DNA of 64,000 bases from an uncultured Chloroflexia bacterium (GTDB lineage Bacteria > Chloroflexota > Limnocylindria > Limnocylindrales > CSP1-4): NCBI GenBank assembly GCA_963746845.1, contig CAVVCZ010000006.1:419187-483186 (forward strand). Reading direction: 5' to 3'. Of this stretch, positions 53,220-64,000 are shown one piece after another. Position numbers and translations under genes: made by a program. The notes beneath the pieces were generated by a model. It was given only the letters and a program-made list of their open reading frames with translations. It made no database searches and had not been told where the DNA came from. The number at the start of each line of letters is the position of its first letter. Position 1 is the first letter of the stretch.

Positions 53220-54080
53220 TCAGTCGAAGCCGAGCAGGTCCCGCAGGTCGATCCGCTCGTCGTGGGCGTAGACGTTGAAGCCGTCGCCGCGCAGGAACCC
53301 GACGAGGGTCACCCCGAGACGGTCCGCCGCCTGGATCGCCAGGTCGCTCGGCGCCGAGACGGCGCACAGGATCGGGATCCCGGCGACCGCGGCCTTCTGG
53401 ACGATCTCGAAGCTCACCCGGCCGCTGACCATGAGGATCCGGCCGTGGAGCGGCACCGTCTTCGCGAGGACCTGCGAGCCGACCAGCTTGTCGAGCGCGT
53501 TGTGCCGGCCGACGTCCTCACGCAGCGCGAGGAGCTCGCCGCTCGGCGTGAACAGCCCGGCGGCATGGAGGCCGCCGGTCTCGTCGAACGCGCGCTGCGC
53601 CGCACGGAGCAGATCGGGCAGCGCGAGGATCACCGTCCGGGAGACGACGGGCCCGTCCGGGATCGGATCGGATCGGACCGCGATCTCGTCGAGCGACGCC
53701 TTGCCGCAGATGCCGCAGGACGCGGTGGCGACGAAGTGGCGCTCGGCGACCCGGGAGGCATCGAACGGACGGGCGAGGTGGACGGTGACCTGGTCGTCCG
53801 GCTGGTTCATCGCCTCGGGGTCGCCGAACGTCGTCCTGATGATCTCCGGGCCGTCGACGAGGCCTTCCGTCCGGAGGAAGCCGATCGCGAGCTCGTCCTC
53901 GAACCCGGGGGTCCGCATCGTGACCGCGATCGCAACCGGGTCCTGGCCGGGGCCGGCGGCCCGGATCTCGAGGGGCTCCTCACCGACGACGCGATCGCTG
54001 CGGAACTCGAGGGAGGAGCCGCGGACGGCGACGACCCGGGTGGTCGTGACCTGGCGGGTCGGCGGGGCGAGGGGATCCAC
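53220..54080 (-). CDS. fdhD: Formate dehydrogenase accessory sulfurtransferase
   Basis: EEPL, TMRTPG...LAIGFL..EG, SCGICG, TGGLHAA, EDVGRHNALDK, SGRVSFE, SAPS. Confidence 0.95.
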   Translation of the reverse strand: MDPLAPPTRQVTTTRVVAVRGSSLEFRSDRVVGEEPLEIRAAGPGQDPVAIAVTMRTPGFEDELAIGFLRTEGLVDGPEIIRTTFGDPEAMNQPDDQVTVHLARPFDASRVAERHFVATASCGICGKASLDEIAVRSDPIPDGPVVSRTVILALPDLLRAAQRAFDETGGLHAAGLFTPSGELLALREDVGRHNALDKLVGSQVLAKTVPLHGRILMVSGRVSFEIVQKAAVAGIPILCAVSAPSDLAIQAADRLGVTLVGFLRGDGFNVYAHDERIDLRDLLGFD

Positions 54081-54157
54081 GCCGAGAGTGTAGGTCGGGC
54101 CGCGTACGCGAACCTGCGGTGCTACCGTCGGGCGGTGATCGCGGAGGTCGCATCGAG

Positions 54158-54616
54158 ATGCTGAGCCCGGCCGAGTGGTCGTTCCTCGCCGCGGCGCGGA
54201 CCGCGACCCTCGCGACACTCTCGCCGAGCGGCCGGCCACGACTCGTCCCGATCTGCTTCGTCGTCGGGAACGACGCACCGGATGGCCGGGCCCGCCTGTA
54301 CAGCCCGCTCGACGAGAAGCCGAAGCGGAGCGACGACCCGCACGAGCTGGGCCGCGTCCAGGACCTGCTGGTGCTGCCCGAGGCGACGCTGCTCATCGAT
54401 CGCTGGTCCGAGGACTGGGACCGGCTCGCGTGGCTTCGGCTCGAGACACGGGGCGAGCTGCTGGAGCCCGAGCCGCGGGAGCGGGAAGAGCACGCGGCGG
54501 CGATCGTCCTGCTCCGTGCGAAGTACCCGCAGTACGCGGGTCATCGTCTCGAGGAGCGCCCGGTCCTGCGGTTCACGGTCGAACGGTCGCTGTCGTGGGG
54601 CGACCTCGGCACCTGA
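54158..54616 (+). CDS. PPOX-class (putative F420-dependent) oxidoreductase, Rv0121-like
   Basis: ATLATL...G.P.LVP.CF, DEKPK, D.W.EDW..L.W, L.AKYPQY. Confidence 0.8.
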   Translation: MLSPAEWSFLAAARTATLATLSPSGRPRLVPICFVVGNDAPDGRARLYSPLDEKPKRSDDPHELGRVQDLLVLPEATLLIDRWSEDWDRLAWLRLETRGELLEPEPREREEHAAAIVLLRAKYPQYAGHRLEERPVLRFTVERSLSWGDLGT

Positions 54617-54653
54617 CCGGGCCGGGCGCGGCCTGGCGCGGCCGAAGCGAGCC

Positions 54654-55938
54654 TCAGCGGTCCAGGAACAGGGCCGGTGCGTGCGGACGGAGGCAGTGGG
54701 TCGAGCTCATCGCCTGGTGATAGCCACCGGCGTTCAGGATCGCGACGATGTCGCCCTCGCGGACCGGCGGCATCGGGTAGTCCTCGGCGAACACATCGCC
54801 GGCCTCGTTGATGTGCCCCGCGACGGTCACGCGCTCCGTCCGCGGCGCGTCCGGGGCCGCGCAGACGACGAGCTCCTGGGCGAACCGGTAGATGAAGTAC
54901 GAGCAGTTGACATTCCAGCCGAGATCGAGCCCGACGTACGTCGTCCCGGCCCGCTCCTCCACGGTCACGACCTCGCCGAGCAGGATGGCGCTGTCCTTCG
55001 CGAGGTAGTCGCCCGGCTCGCACCCGACCGCGACGCCGTCGTCGACGAGGTCGCCCATCGCCCGCCGGATCGCCCCCGCGTAGGCGTGCGGGTCCACCGC
55101 GACCTCGTCGGCGCGGGCCGGCACGCCCAGCCCACCGCCGACGTTCAGCTCGGCGATCGGGTGCCCCGCGTGGCGCAGGCGGCGGACGATCGACGCCACT
55201 CGCGCGATCGCGGTCTCGAACGCGGGGACCCCGCCCGCGAGCCAGCCCGACCCGACATGGACGTGGAGGGTGTCGATCGTCAGCCCATGCCGAGCCGCGG
55301 CGGCGAGCGCCTCGTCGAGCCGGTCCTCGTAGATCCCGAACTTCGTCGGTCGCTCGCCGCTGTACGCCAGCTGCTTCGTGTAGCCCGCGCCGGCGCCCGG
55401 GTTGATCCGCAAGCCGATGGTTCGCCGGGGTCGGTCCGCCGCCGTGGCAGCGTCGAGCGCCGCGAGCCGCCGCCCGACACGCTCGACCTGGCTCACGGCG
55501 TCGAGATTCAGGTGGACGGTGTGGGCGAGGAGCACGTCGAGATCCCGGTCGGACACGTTCGTCCCGGTGTAGCTGATGTCCTCGGCAGCCCAGCCGCACT
55601 CGACCGCGCGGAGCGCCTCGCCGGGCGAGCACGCATCGATCCCGACCAGCCCGCGCAGCGCCCGCGAGGAACTCCGGATCCGGGTTCGCCTTGAGCGCGA
55701 AGCGAACGCGATGCCGGAGGCCCGCGGCGTCGAGCGCGGCGATCAGACGCTCGGCGTTCTCGACGACGCGGAGCCGGTCGTACGCGAACAGCGGCGTGCC
55801 GTGGTCCCGCGCCAGCTTCTCGGCGTCATGCCCGGCGATGGCCAGCCGGCCGGCCAGGATCTCGAGGCCCGGGCGGACCCACCACGGACGATCGAGGCGG
55901 GCGCCCTCGGGCGGGACCGGGAGCGACGGGGCAGTCAC
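54654..55938 (-). CDS. lysA: Diaminopimelate decarboxylase, with a single +1 frameshift near 55662
   Basis: GTPL..Y, FALKAN (PLP Lys), then in the shifted frame DACSPGE, KFG, HVGSG, NVGGG, EPG, AGGY. Removing one G from the GGG run restores the ORF. Confidence 0.85.
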
Positions 55939-55977
55939 GGGCGTGCGAAGGGGCGGACAGGAGACGCGGTCGGGCCG

Positions 55978-56265
55978 TCAGGCCGACGCGGCGTCCGGGT
56001 GCGGATGGGGGTGGGCGTGCCGGGCCCGACCGGAACCGGGCTTCCAGCGATCCGGGCCTTCCTCCACGGTCGCCCCGAGATCCTCGAGGAGCTTCCGTGA
56101 CACCAGCGCCACCTCGGCGATCGCCGCGTCGAACGCGGCGCTGTTGCGGGCGGACGGAGTCCGGTAGCCGCTGACCTTGCGGACGAACTGGCGGGCGGCC
56201 GCCTCGATCTCACCGGTCGTCGCCGGCTCGTCCGGACGGCGAAGGACCTTGATGCTTCGGCACAT
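55978..56265 (-). CDS. DUF2277 family protein
   Basis: MCRSIK.L....PAT..EI.AAA.QFVRKVSG. Confidence 0.8.
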   Translation of the reverse strand: MCRSIKVLRRPDEPATTGEIEAAARQFVRKVSGYRTPSARNSAAFDAAIAEVALVSRKLLEDLGATVEEGPDRWKPGSGRARHAHPHPHPDAASA

Positions 56266-56303
56266 GCCAGCAGGGTACCGCGCGCGGCGTGCTCAGGCCG
56301 CGG

Positions 56304-56909
56304 TCAGGCCAGCCTCCAGTCGATCGCGCCGGTGTAGCAATGGTCCAACGCCGTGCACAGCCCGGCGGTCAGGTCCCAGGTCCGCCCGTCGACATACGGC
56401 CCGCGGTCCACGACCGGGACCGTCACCGTCCGGCCGTTGTCGGGGTTGCGGAAGGTGACCTTCGTGCCGCATGGGAGCGATCGATGGGCGACGCCGCGCA
56501 GGGACGCGGTCATCGCGTAGCCACAGGCGGTGCGCTTGCCATAGAAGCCGGGGCCGTACCACGACACGTTGCCGTCGGCCCGCCAGCGAACGATCGAGAC
56601 TGACCGGGCCGTCACCGCCGGCTGGACCGACGCGCCGTCCGGACGACGGGCGCCCGCGGCGGCGAGCGGCGGGGCCGGTTCGAGGACCGGACTGCCGTCC
56701 TCCAGCCCGCCGGCGGACCGGTAGGAGGGGTCAAGGTTGGGGGTCGGCATCGTCGTCCCGTCGCTCCACGAAGCATCGACCACCCGGAAGAGGAGGTGGT
56801 CGGCCGGTCCGCCCGGGCCGAGGCCCGCGGATCCGATGGAGACCGGGACGGCGACCGCGGCGAGCAGGGCGATGAGTGCCACGCTCGCGCCGATATTGGG
56901 GCGTCGCAC
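56304..56909 (-). CDS. RlpA-like double-psi beta-barrel (DPBB) secreted protein
   Basis: Signal-like N-terminus; SWYGPGFYG..TACG, VAHRSLPCGT, V.VVDRGPY...R.WDL. Confidence 0.85.
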   Translation of the reverse strand: MRRPNIGASVALIALLAAVAVPVSIGSAGLGPGGPADHLLFRVVDASWSDGTTMPTPNLDPSYRSAGGLEDGSPVLEPAPPLAAAGARRPDGASVQPAVTARSVSIVRWRADGNVSWYGPGFYGKRTACGYAMTASLRGVAHRSLPCGTKVTFRNPDNGRTVTVPVVDRGPYVDGRTWDLTAGLCTALDHCYTGAIDWRLA

Positions 56910-57009
56910 GTCCCGGTCATCGTCGCGCGGGCAGCGCCTCGGCGGCCCGTGGCCGGGCGACGGAACCCTTGCAAGTCCGTGTCGAAGCGGACCTGCCAGA
57001 ATCGGCGGG

Positions 57010-57914
57010 ATGCCCGTCCGGACGCTCACCCTCGACGCGCCGCTCGACCTGCGGCGCACGCTCGCGATCCATGCCCGCGGCCCCGGCGACCCGATGATGC
57101 GGCTGGGTCCCGGCGGAGGCGATCCGTGCGACGCGGACGCCGGACGGACCGGCGACCATCCGGATCGTGATCGACGGGGGCGGCGACCACGCGGAGGCCT
57201 GGGGGCCCGGTGCGGATCGCGTCCTCGCCGGCCTGCCGGCGCTCGCCGGCCTCGACGACGACCGCGGCGGCTTCGACGCCGGACGCCACCCGCTCGTCGC
57301 GGAGCTGGATCGTCGCCACCGTGGCATCCGGCTCGGCCGGAGCGGGGCGGTCCTCGAGGCGCTCGTCCCGGCGATCCTCGAGCAGAAGGTCTACCGGGCG
57401 CGAAGGCCTGGCGGGGGCTGCGCGGGATCGTGCGGCGGTGGGGCGAGCCGGCGCCTGGACCGTTCGGGCTTCGGCTATTGCCTATGCCGGAGGTCCTCGC
57501 GTCCGTCCCGTATCACGCGTTCCACCCGCTCGGGGTCGAGCGGCGTCGCGCGGACCTGATCCGGCGGGTCGCCGATCGCGCGGCCCGGTTCGAGGAGATC
57601 GTGACGATGTCCCGTCGCCGACGCCTACGCCCGGTTGACTCGCGCTGCCCGGGATCGGGCCGTGGACCGCCGCCGAGGTCGCGCTCCGGGCGCTCGGCGA
57701 CCCGGACGCGGTCAGCATCGGCGACTTCCACCTGCCGAACGTCGTCGCGTTCGCCCTCGCCGGCGAGGTGCGTGCGGACGACACGCGGATGCTCGAGCTG
57801 CTCGAGCCATGGCGGGGCCAGCGGGCGCGGGTGATCCGGCTGCTGCAGATCAGCGGCCTCCGGCCGCCGGCGTTCGGGCCGCGGTTCCCTGCCCGCTCGA
57901 TCGCCGCGATCTAG
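57010..57914 (+). CDS. DNA-3-methyladenine glycosylase II-like (HhH-GPD) protein, several frameshifts
   Basis: Fragments in different frames: EAL.PAILEQKV, WGEPAPGP, LPGIGPWTAAEV...ALGDPDAVS.GDFHL, LEPWRGQR. Confidence 0.7.
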
Positions 57915-58543
57915 GCGAGCGACCCGCCCTTCGAGCGCAGCCGGCCGCCGTCGAACAGCAGCCCGAGGATCGACCGCCGCTCGCGACCGGTCGGCAGGAA
58001 CGGGCGGGTCGCTGCGGGCCTGGGGAGCACCGGTGCGCCCGGCTCCGTCACGAGGCTGGGCGCCGTCTCGGATCCGAAGCCGAGCGCTGCCGCGACCTCG
58101 GCGGCCGGCATCGGGATGGCCGTGTCATCGGCGACCGCGTCGTAGCAGAACGCGATGGAACGGATGCCCCGACCCGTCGCCGGGCGACGCCAGGCCGACG
58201 ACGCGGAGCGGGCCGGCCCGACCTGGAACTGCACGTCCTCGCCGTCGACACCGGATCGCGTGATCACGAGGGCGATCGGGCGGTCGGCATGCCACGTGAA
58301 GGAGTCCGGGCACCGGCGATCGGCGAGCCCGGGCCGCGGATCTCCACGCTGAAGTTCCGTCGGTGTGGGTGCCATTGCGAAGCGCGTCGCCATCGATCCG
58401 CATGCGGCGCCGGGCGACGTGGCCGACGCGGCGGAGCTTGGTGTCGGCGGGGTCGATCGTGATCGTGCGGCGGTCCATCGGCGGATCCTCGGGTTGCAGC
58501 GGGCGCGGCCTGCGGGGTTGGGCGTCGCGATGGAGCGGGGCAT
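57911..58543 (-). CDS. Hypothetical protein, probably frameshifted
   Basis: The 3' part has coding-like codon usage; the 5' part is mosaic across frames. Confidence 0.35.
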   Translation of the reverse strand: MPRSIATPNPAGRARCNPRIRRWTAARSRSTPPTPSSAASATSPGAACGSMATRFAMAPTPTELQRGDPRPGLADRRCPDSFTWHADRPIALVITRSGVDGEDVQFQVGPARSASSAWRRPATGRGIRSIAFCYDAVADDTAIPMPAAEVAAALGFGSETAPSLVTEPGAPVLPRPAATRPFLPTGRERRSILGLLFDGGRLRSKGGSLA

Positions 58544-58650
58544 CGGGATGACGCGTTCAGGTGGTCGGAGCGTCGCGCAAGCCCGGGTTCCGAGACATGG
58601 ACGCGCGTCGATCGGTGGCGGCGACGTCCGTCGTCACCGGCCGTCCGCGA

Positions 58651-59043
58651 TCAGCCGGCGGGCGCGTCCTCGGCGTCGGTGGTCTCGCCCGCGCCGGCCC
58701 CGTCGCCCTCAGGCCCACGGGCGCGATAGGCGACGACCTCGAGGGGCTCGAGCGTGATCAGCCCGTCGCCGACCATCGCGTCGAGCTCCGGCAGGATCGC
58801 CCGGATCGTCGACTCGCTGTCGACGACGTCGATGACGACCGGGAGGTCCTCGACAGCCGCAGGATCTTCGCGGTGTGGAGGCGGGCGTTCTGGCTGAACC
58901 CCTCGATCCCGCGCACCACCGTCGCCCCGGCGATCCCGCGCTCGCGCAGGACGAGGACGATGGCCTCGACCAGCGCTGCCGGCGTAGCGATCGGCCTCGC
59001 CGATGTAGATGCGGAGCCGGAGCGCCGGAGCGTCGATGGTCAT
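58651..59043 (-). CDS. DUF190 family protein (internal compensating frameshifts)
   Basis: LRIYIGE.D, GIAGATV.RGI.G (other frame), DLPVVIDVVD, GLITLE. Directly downstream of crcB. Confidence 0.75.
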   Translation of the reverse strand: MTIDAPALRLRIYIGEADRYAGSAGRGHRPRPARARDRRGDGGARDRGVQPERPPPHREDPAAVEDLPVVIDVVDSESTIRAILPELDAMVGDGLITLEPLEVVAYRARGPEGDGAGAGETTDAEDAPAG

Positions 59044-59412
59044 CCGATCGCCCGTCCACGCTGAGCCCGGCGACGACCGCCACGATCCCGAGCGCGGCCG
59101 ATCCGAGCAGGTTCATCGTTCCGAGCGCGGCCTGACCGTCTTCGACGAGCCGCCAGCTCTCGAGCATCAGCGTCGAGAACGTCGTGTACGCGCCGAGGAA
59201 GCCGATCACTTACTCGGGGCGCGAATCGCCGGCAGGATCGAGCGGTCGATCGTGAGCGCCGCGAGGAGGCCGAGAACGAACGCCCCGGACAGGTTGACGG
59301 CGAGCGTCCCGAACGGGAACCCGGTCCCGACCCGATCGAGGACCCAGCCGTCGACGAGGTAGCGGGCGACGGAGCCGAACGCGCCACCGATCGCAATCAG
59401 GACGAGGGTCAC
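59040..59412 (-). CDS. crcB: Fluoride efflux channel Fluc/CrcB, frameshift near 59215
   Basis: GGAFG.VARY, FPFGTL.VNL.G.F, then [11 protein letters not shown] in another frame. Confidence 0.85.
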
Positions 59413-59527
59413 GCCTCGCAGGATCGCGGGGAGCGCCGGACGGCGTCAGCGAGGGGCCTGCCGGCCCGGCGCGCCCGGGCACGCGGTTCCGGTGACCGGT
59501 GTCGGGACACAGCGTGAGGAACCCACG

Positions 59528-59886
59528 ATGGCCGAGCGGTCGATGCCGAGCTTCAGCAAGTCCCCACCCGAGCCGTGGTCGCTCTCGCTGCGATCCTCGA
59601 CCGCTACCCCGACGCCCAGCGCAAGCAGATGTTCGATGTTCCTGGCGGCGTTCGTCGGCAACATGGCGACCGGGCTGTTCGCGGACCGCTGGGTCGTCCG
59701 CCTGCCGGCCGCCGAGATCGACGCGGCGAAGACCGCCGGCGCCGAAGGGTTCGAGCCGATGCCCGGCAAGCCGATGAAGGCGTTCGTCGTGATCCCGGCA
59801 GCGGATGTCGACGACGACACCCGGATCATGGCGTGGGTGGAGCGTGGGCCGTGGCCGACGCCGCCTCGATGCCGGCCGATAAGTAG
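59528..59886 (+). CDS. TfoX/Sxy N-terminal domain protein, frameshifted
   Basis: RKQMF, AFV.GNM..GL, FEPMPGKPMK.FVV, WV..A...A..MP.K across frames. Confidence 0.65.
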
Positions 59887-59898
59887 GCGCCGCCGGGC

Positions 59899-61053
59899 TT
59901 ATTCGAGCTTGCTCGCGACCTCGGCCGCGATGGCCGGATCGGCCGTGTCGATCACGATCACGAAGTCTGACCCGACGTAGACGTATTCGACCGTGCCCGC
60001 GTCCCCGTAGTCGATCTTGGTGACCTTCTTGCCGCCGAGCGTCACCTCGGGATTCGCTTACCCGGCCGCGTTGGCGGACAGCCAGGTGTCGATGACCGCC
60101 TCGCTCAGCTTCGCGCCGCGCCGGGCAGGCGGAACGCGGTGACCTGGAGGTCGATCGCGCCGCTGTCGTCGAAGGCCTGGGCGATCTGGAGGTCGCATAC
60201 ACCTCCGCGCCGAGCGCACGAATCCGGGCGCTGAGGGCCCGCGAGTTCGGGTCGCCGCCGAACACCTGGTCGGCGCTCGCGCTCTGGATGGTGAGCTGCG
60301 TCCCGCCGATCTCCGTCGGGAGCTTCGCCTCGAGCTCCGGCGCGGCGGACGACGCCGACGGTTGATGCCGGGCGTCGGACGAAAGCGGTTCGTTGCTCGC
60401 GCCGGCGTCGTTGCTGGCATCGGCCGCGATCGTCCCGGCCGCGTTCTCGTCGCCCATCGCCGCGGCGACGGCCTTGGTGATCGTCGCGAGGTCGCTCGGG
60501 CTGGCCGAGCCGGCGTCGGCGACCTGGCCGATCAGCGACCCGACCCGGAACAGCGTCGTGACCGAGCCGGTGGCGGGGTTGTCGACATCGTAGGCGTCAC
60601 TGCCCGCCCTGGCCCGCCGACGTCGGCGCTGGCGGCCTCGGCGGCCGCCTTGTTCTGGCTCATCGCGGCCGCGGCGGCGTCGCCGTAGCAGGTCACGCTC
60701 GCGTAGACGGCGGGCTGGGGGGTGCTCGTGTCGCTGGCGGGGCCGAGGATCGAGATCGTCATCCCGTTCGCGTTCATGTCCGTCGAGCCGAGCGACCAGT
60801 CCCTGGGGCAGGTCGCCGCTGTCCGGGATCGCGCCCCACGCCTTCTGCCGGCAGCTGTCGAGGTTCGAGCCGCGGTTCAGGAACACGAGGGTCAGCCTGC
60901 ACGACCGCCACGGCCAGGGCGAGCAGGGCGATCCACGGCGCGACGCTCGCGAGCCACGGCTGCGGGATCGGCGTCGCCCGGCTCGTGGATGGCGGTCGGT
61001 CGCGTCGGGGGTCGCGTCAGCGCGCGGCGGGGGCTCGTCCGACGTGTGGGCAT
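59899..61053 (-). CDS. Hypothetical membrane-anchored extracytoplasmic protein, several frameshifts
   Basis: N-terminal TM segment; coding-like segments (SISILGP..., [26 protein letters not shown]) in alternating frames. Confidence 0.5.
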
Positions 61054-61120
61054 GCTGCCTCAGGCTTCGGATGGCGGTCGAGAGCCGTCTGAGATCGTCG
61101 ACCTGGCCCCGTCGGTGAAC

Positions 61121-61197
61121 TGGTCGGGGCGGCGGGATTTGAACCTCCGACCTCATCGTCCCGAACGATGCGCGCTACCAAGCTGCGCCACGCCCCG
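61121..61197 (-). tRNA. tRNA-Pro (CGG)
   Basis: CGGGGCGTGGCGCAGCTTGGTAGCGCG-CATCG-TTCGGGA-CGATG...TTCAAAT...CGCCCCGACCA, 77 nt. Confidence 0.9.
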
Positions 61198-61268
61198 ACC
61201 GAGGTGCCCGTTTGACAGGGCCCGCGGATGATAGCAGAGGGACTGCTGGCGGCCCCTGGCCGCAGTCC

Positions 61269-62560
61269 TCAGACGCCCTCGACCGGCTCGGGCGCGAGGT
61301 CGCGCACCGCGGCCCTGCCCACGACGTCGCGGACCGGGAGCATCACGACGGCGGCCGCGACGAACGAGGCCGCCATGGCCGAGAAGACGATCGGCAGGCC
61401 GTTCCGCCTCGCCCGTCGCCTGGATGATCGCCCCGTAGAGGGCGGTCCAGAGCGAGCCGACCCCGAACGCGAGCGTGAAATAGATCTTTCGCAAACGCCG
61501 TGTCGCGGATGCCGGCCGGTGTCGCGTCGGCGAGGAGCGCCTGGAGCTGCGGGCTTTTCCGCGAAGGAGAACAGGCCCATGACCGCCAGGCCGACCCACA
61601 GCCCGAGCAGCGACGCCCCGGCGGTGATGAAGATCGCGAACCCGACTGCCCCGCCCAGGTACGCGCCCACGATGACCGGCCGCCGCCCGATCCGGTCCGA
61701 CAGCCAGCCGGCAATGAGCGGCATCGGCACCGACAGCACGATGAGCGCGCCGTACGTCGAATTCGTGGTCGACTGCGGAAGCTCGAGGACCTTCGTCAGG
61801 TAGATCAGGGCGAACAGGTTCGCGACGCCCAGACCACGGCCGCCGCCGCCGAGCACCGAGGCGAGGTAGACCCGGCGGAGGACCCGATCCGCAAAGACGA
61901 CCCGGAGCACGGCGGACCGTCCTCGGGCGCGGGGCGGCGGCCCGGTCGGTACCGTGTCTCCCGAACCCAGCGGACGATCGCGATCGCGATCAGCGCCGCC
62001 GGCAACCCGAACAGGACCGACACGCCGCGCCATCCGACGGCAGCCATGAGGAACGGTCCGGCGAGCGCGACGACGACCGTGCCCACGTTGCCGCCCGAGA
62101 TATGGGCGCTGATCGCGAAGCCGCGGCGCTCCGGCGGGAATTGCTCCGCAAGGAGTCCGTTGCCGACCGGATGCTGCGGCGAGCCGCCGAGATCCGCGAG
62201 ACGACGTTCGTGACCGCGAACGCCCCGAAGCGGCACAAGGCCCTGCGCCGCGAACCCGACCCCGAAGAGGACGCCGCCGATGCCCCATCAGCCAGCGGCG
62301 CGGCATGTGGCGGGTGAGAACTCCGCGAAGCTCGCCTGGACCAGCCCGGAGCCAATCGCCCCGGCGGCCGCGACGAACGTGAGCTCTCCTCCTACCCCGA
62401 TGCCGAACTCGTCGATGACCGCCAGGAAGATCATCGGGAGGATCACCGCCTGGGCGTGGTTCACCGCGTGGGCGATCGACAGGAGCCAGAGCGTTCGCTC
62501 GGGGTGGATCTCGACCCGGCTCGGGGCAGGCGGGACCGGCGCGGTGGGATCGGCCGTCAT
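61269..62560 (-). CDS. MFS transporter (FSR-like), several frameshifts
   Basis: AHAVNH, GGSPQHP, GWLSDRIGRR and TM segments in alternating frames. Confidence 0.7.
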
Positions 62561-62685
62561 GGGAACCCCATGCTGACGGATCGCGCGGCGGGACGTGGGC
62601 CCGTTGCAGGCGCGACCGCTTCCGGGCATGGTGTCGGCAGCGGTCGGCCCCACGGGCGCCGCCGGCCCATCTCCACGGGGTCTCC

Positions 62686-63071
62686 ATGCCGACCGTCCTG
62701 ATCGCCGATGCCCGAGCCGCACATCCGCATCCTGATCGCGCAGGCACTCGAAGACCTCGAGGATGCGGGGGTCAAGCTCCAACCGCGTCAGACGACGAGA
62801 CGGCCCTCGAGACTGTTCGGAACCTCCGCCCGGAGCTCGTCTTCCTCGATGTGATGCTGCCGCGAACGACCGGGTTCGACGTCTGCCGGGCGATCGACGC
62901 GCCGACCTCGGGCTCGCCGGGACGACGGTCGTGATGCTGACCGCGAAGGGCCAGGCGTATGACCGCGAGGAGGGGCTCGCTGCCGGGGCCGATGACCTGA
63001 CCAAGCCGTTCGATCCCGACGAGCTGCTCCTGGTGGCCCGCGACGCGCTCGGGCCGGCGGGAGTCACCTGA
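62686..63071 (+). CDS. Single-domain response regulator (receiver), frameshifted
   Basis: VLIAD, LVFLDVMLP..TGFDVC, VMLTAKG, GADD..TKPF. Confidence 0.75.
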
Positions 63072-63918
63072 TCGAACGGCGACGCCTCGGAGCCGCCGGA
63101 CCGGAGGTCCCGGTCGTCGGCCTTGGGACGTGGAGCGTCTTCGACGTCCCGAGCTCGTCCGAGGCCGGGGCCGCTGACGAGCCGTGGTCGAGGCCGCCTT
63201 CGGGCGCCGGCGTCCGTCTCGTCGACACCTCGCCGATGTACGGGCGCGCCGAGGGCGTCCTCGGGCGTGGGCGCTCTGGCCGCCGCCGGGGTCCGTTTCC
63301 TGCCGCGATCGTGGCGACGAAGGTCTGGACCGGCTCGGTCCCGGACGCCTGCGACGGGGGCAGCTCCCGAGCTCCAGCTCGCGACTCTTCGGCGGCCTCA
63401 TCGATGCGATCGAGCAGATCCACAACCTCGTGGGCTGGCGCGAGCACCTCGGGTGGCTCGAGGGCGAGGTCGAGCGGGGAACGGTTCGGCATGGCTCGGC
63501 GCGACGCACTACTCCGACGAGCGGCGCTTCCCCGAGGTCCTCGAGCTCATGCGATCCGGGCGTGCGGTCGGCTGCGTCCAGGTCCCCGTACAACCCGCTC
63601 GAGCGCCGAGCCGAGCCCGGGAGGTCCTCCCGCTCGCCGAGGAGGCCCGGCATCGGCGTGATCGCGATGCGGCCGTTCGGCGAGGGCGGGCTGCTGGGCC
63701 GGCCACTCCCCGAGGAGCTGCGGCGGGCCGGGCTGACGTCGTGGCCGGACGCGCTCCTGCGGTGGACCCTGTCGGACCGCCGGGTCGGCGTGGCGATCCC
63801 GGCTTCGTCGTCGGTCGACCACGTGGCCGCGAATACCGCGGCCGGCTCCGGGCCATGGCTGCACCCGGACATCCGGGACCTCGTGGCGCGCCTCGCCGGC
63901 CAGGTCATTTCGCCCTAG
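63068..63918 (+). CDS. Aldo/keto reductase, several frameshifts
   Basis: RRRLG..GPEVPVVGLGTW, VDTSPMYG.AE, VATKVW, QIHN, QVPYN, GVIAMRPFG, AIP.SS..H...N. Confidence 0.75.
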
Positions 63919-64000
63919 CGCGCGGCGAACAGGCCCGACCCGTCGACGCGGGCCCACGCGATGCCGTCGGCGAGGGGCATGGCCCGGTCCGCGTCCAGGA

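Noticed and set aside
55655-55670. Programmed frameshift in lysA
   Set aside because: No slippery heptamer or stimulatory structure; a single extra G in a short homopolymer at the edge of the error-rich region.
59413-59520. Fluoride riboswitch upstream of crcB
   Set aside because: No GGxGATG...pseudoknot consensus found; the gene instead has a GATCCT-N7-GTG leaderless-type arrangement.
61121-61197. tRNA-Pro or tRNA-Sec as an integration site for an island or prophage
   Set aside because: No integrase and no duplicated tRNA 3' end seen in the window.

Overview
Very GC-rich bacterial chromosomal window. Gene style is compatible with Chloroflexota or an actinobacterium-like soil/sediment organism, but this is inference only. 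From left to right: (1) an oxidative/non-oxidative pentose-phosphate operon (tkt-rpiB-amidase-pgi-gnd-zwf-opcA-pgl), then a GNAT, a hydrolase and citrate synthase; (2) a LuxR-flavoprotein-hydrolase cassette, CorA/CDF metal transporters, an ABC exporter, a GT87-like protein and an MFS transporter; (3) an Mre11/SbcD + Rad50/SbcC-like pair whose ATPase carries two hydrophobic helices where a zinc hook would be; (4) a complete selenocysteine island (selC tRNA-Sec, selA, selB, mobA, MFS, selD overlapping a GT2 glycosyltransferase). Next to it is a UGA-recoded (Sec) formate dehydrogenase catalytic subunit with a SECIS hairpin, whose N-terminal Fe-S part is a separate gene about 5.4 kb downstream after a NuoE-NuoF fusion; fdhD follows; (5) a right-hand 9 kb in which most genes (lysA, alkA-like, crcB, tfoX, MFS, response regulator, AKR) are frameshifted, most likely from read/assembly errors, plus tRNA-Pro(CGG). 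Many genes have a -10-like hexamer 6-7 nt before the start codon, which suggests widespread leaderless mRNAs. Best candidates for new biology: the selD-GT2 unit with the adjacent MFS, the split Sec-FDH and the membrane-anchored SbcCD-like complex. All product calls come from motif recognition, not database searches.
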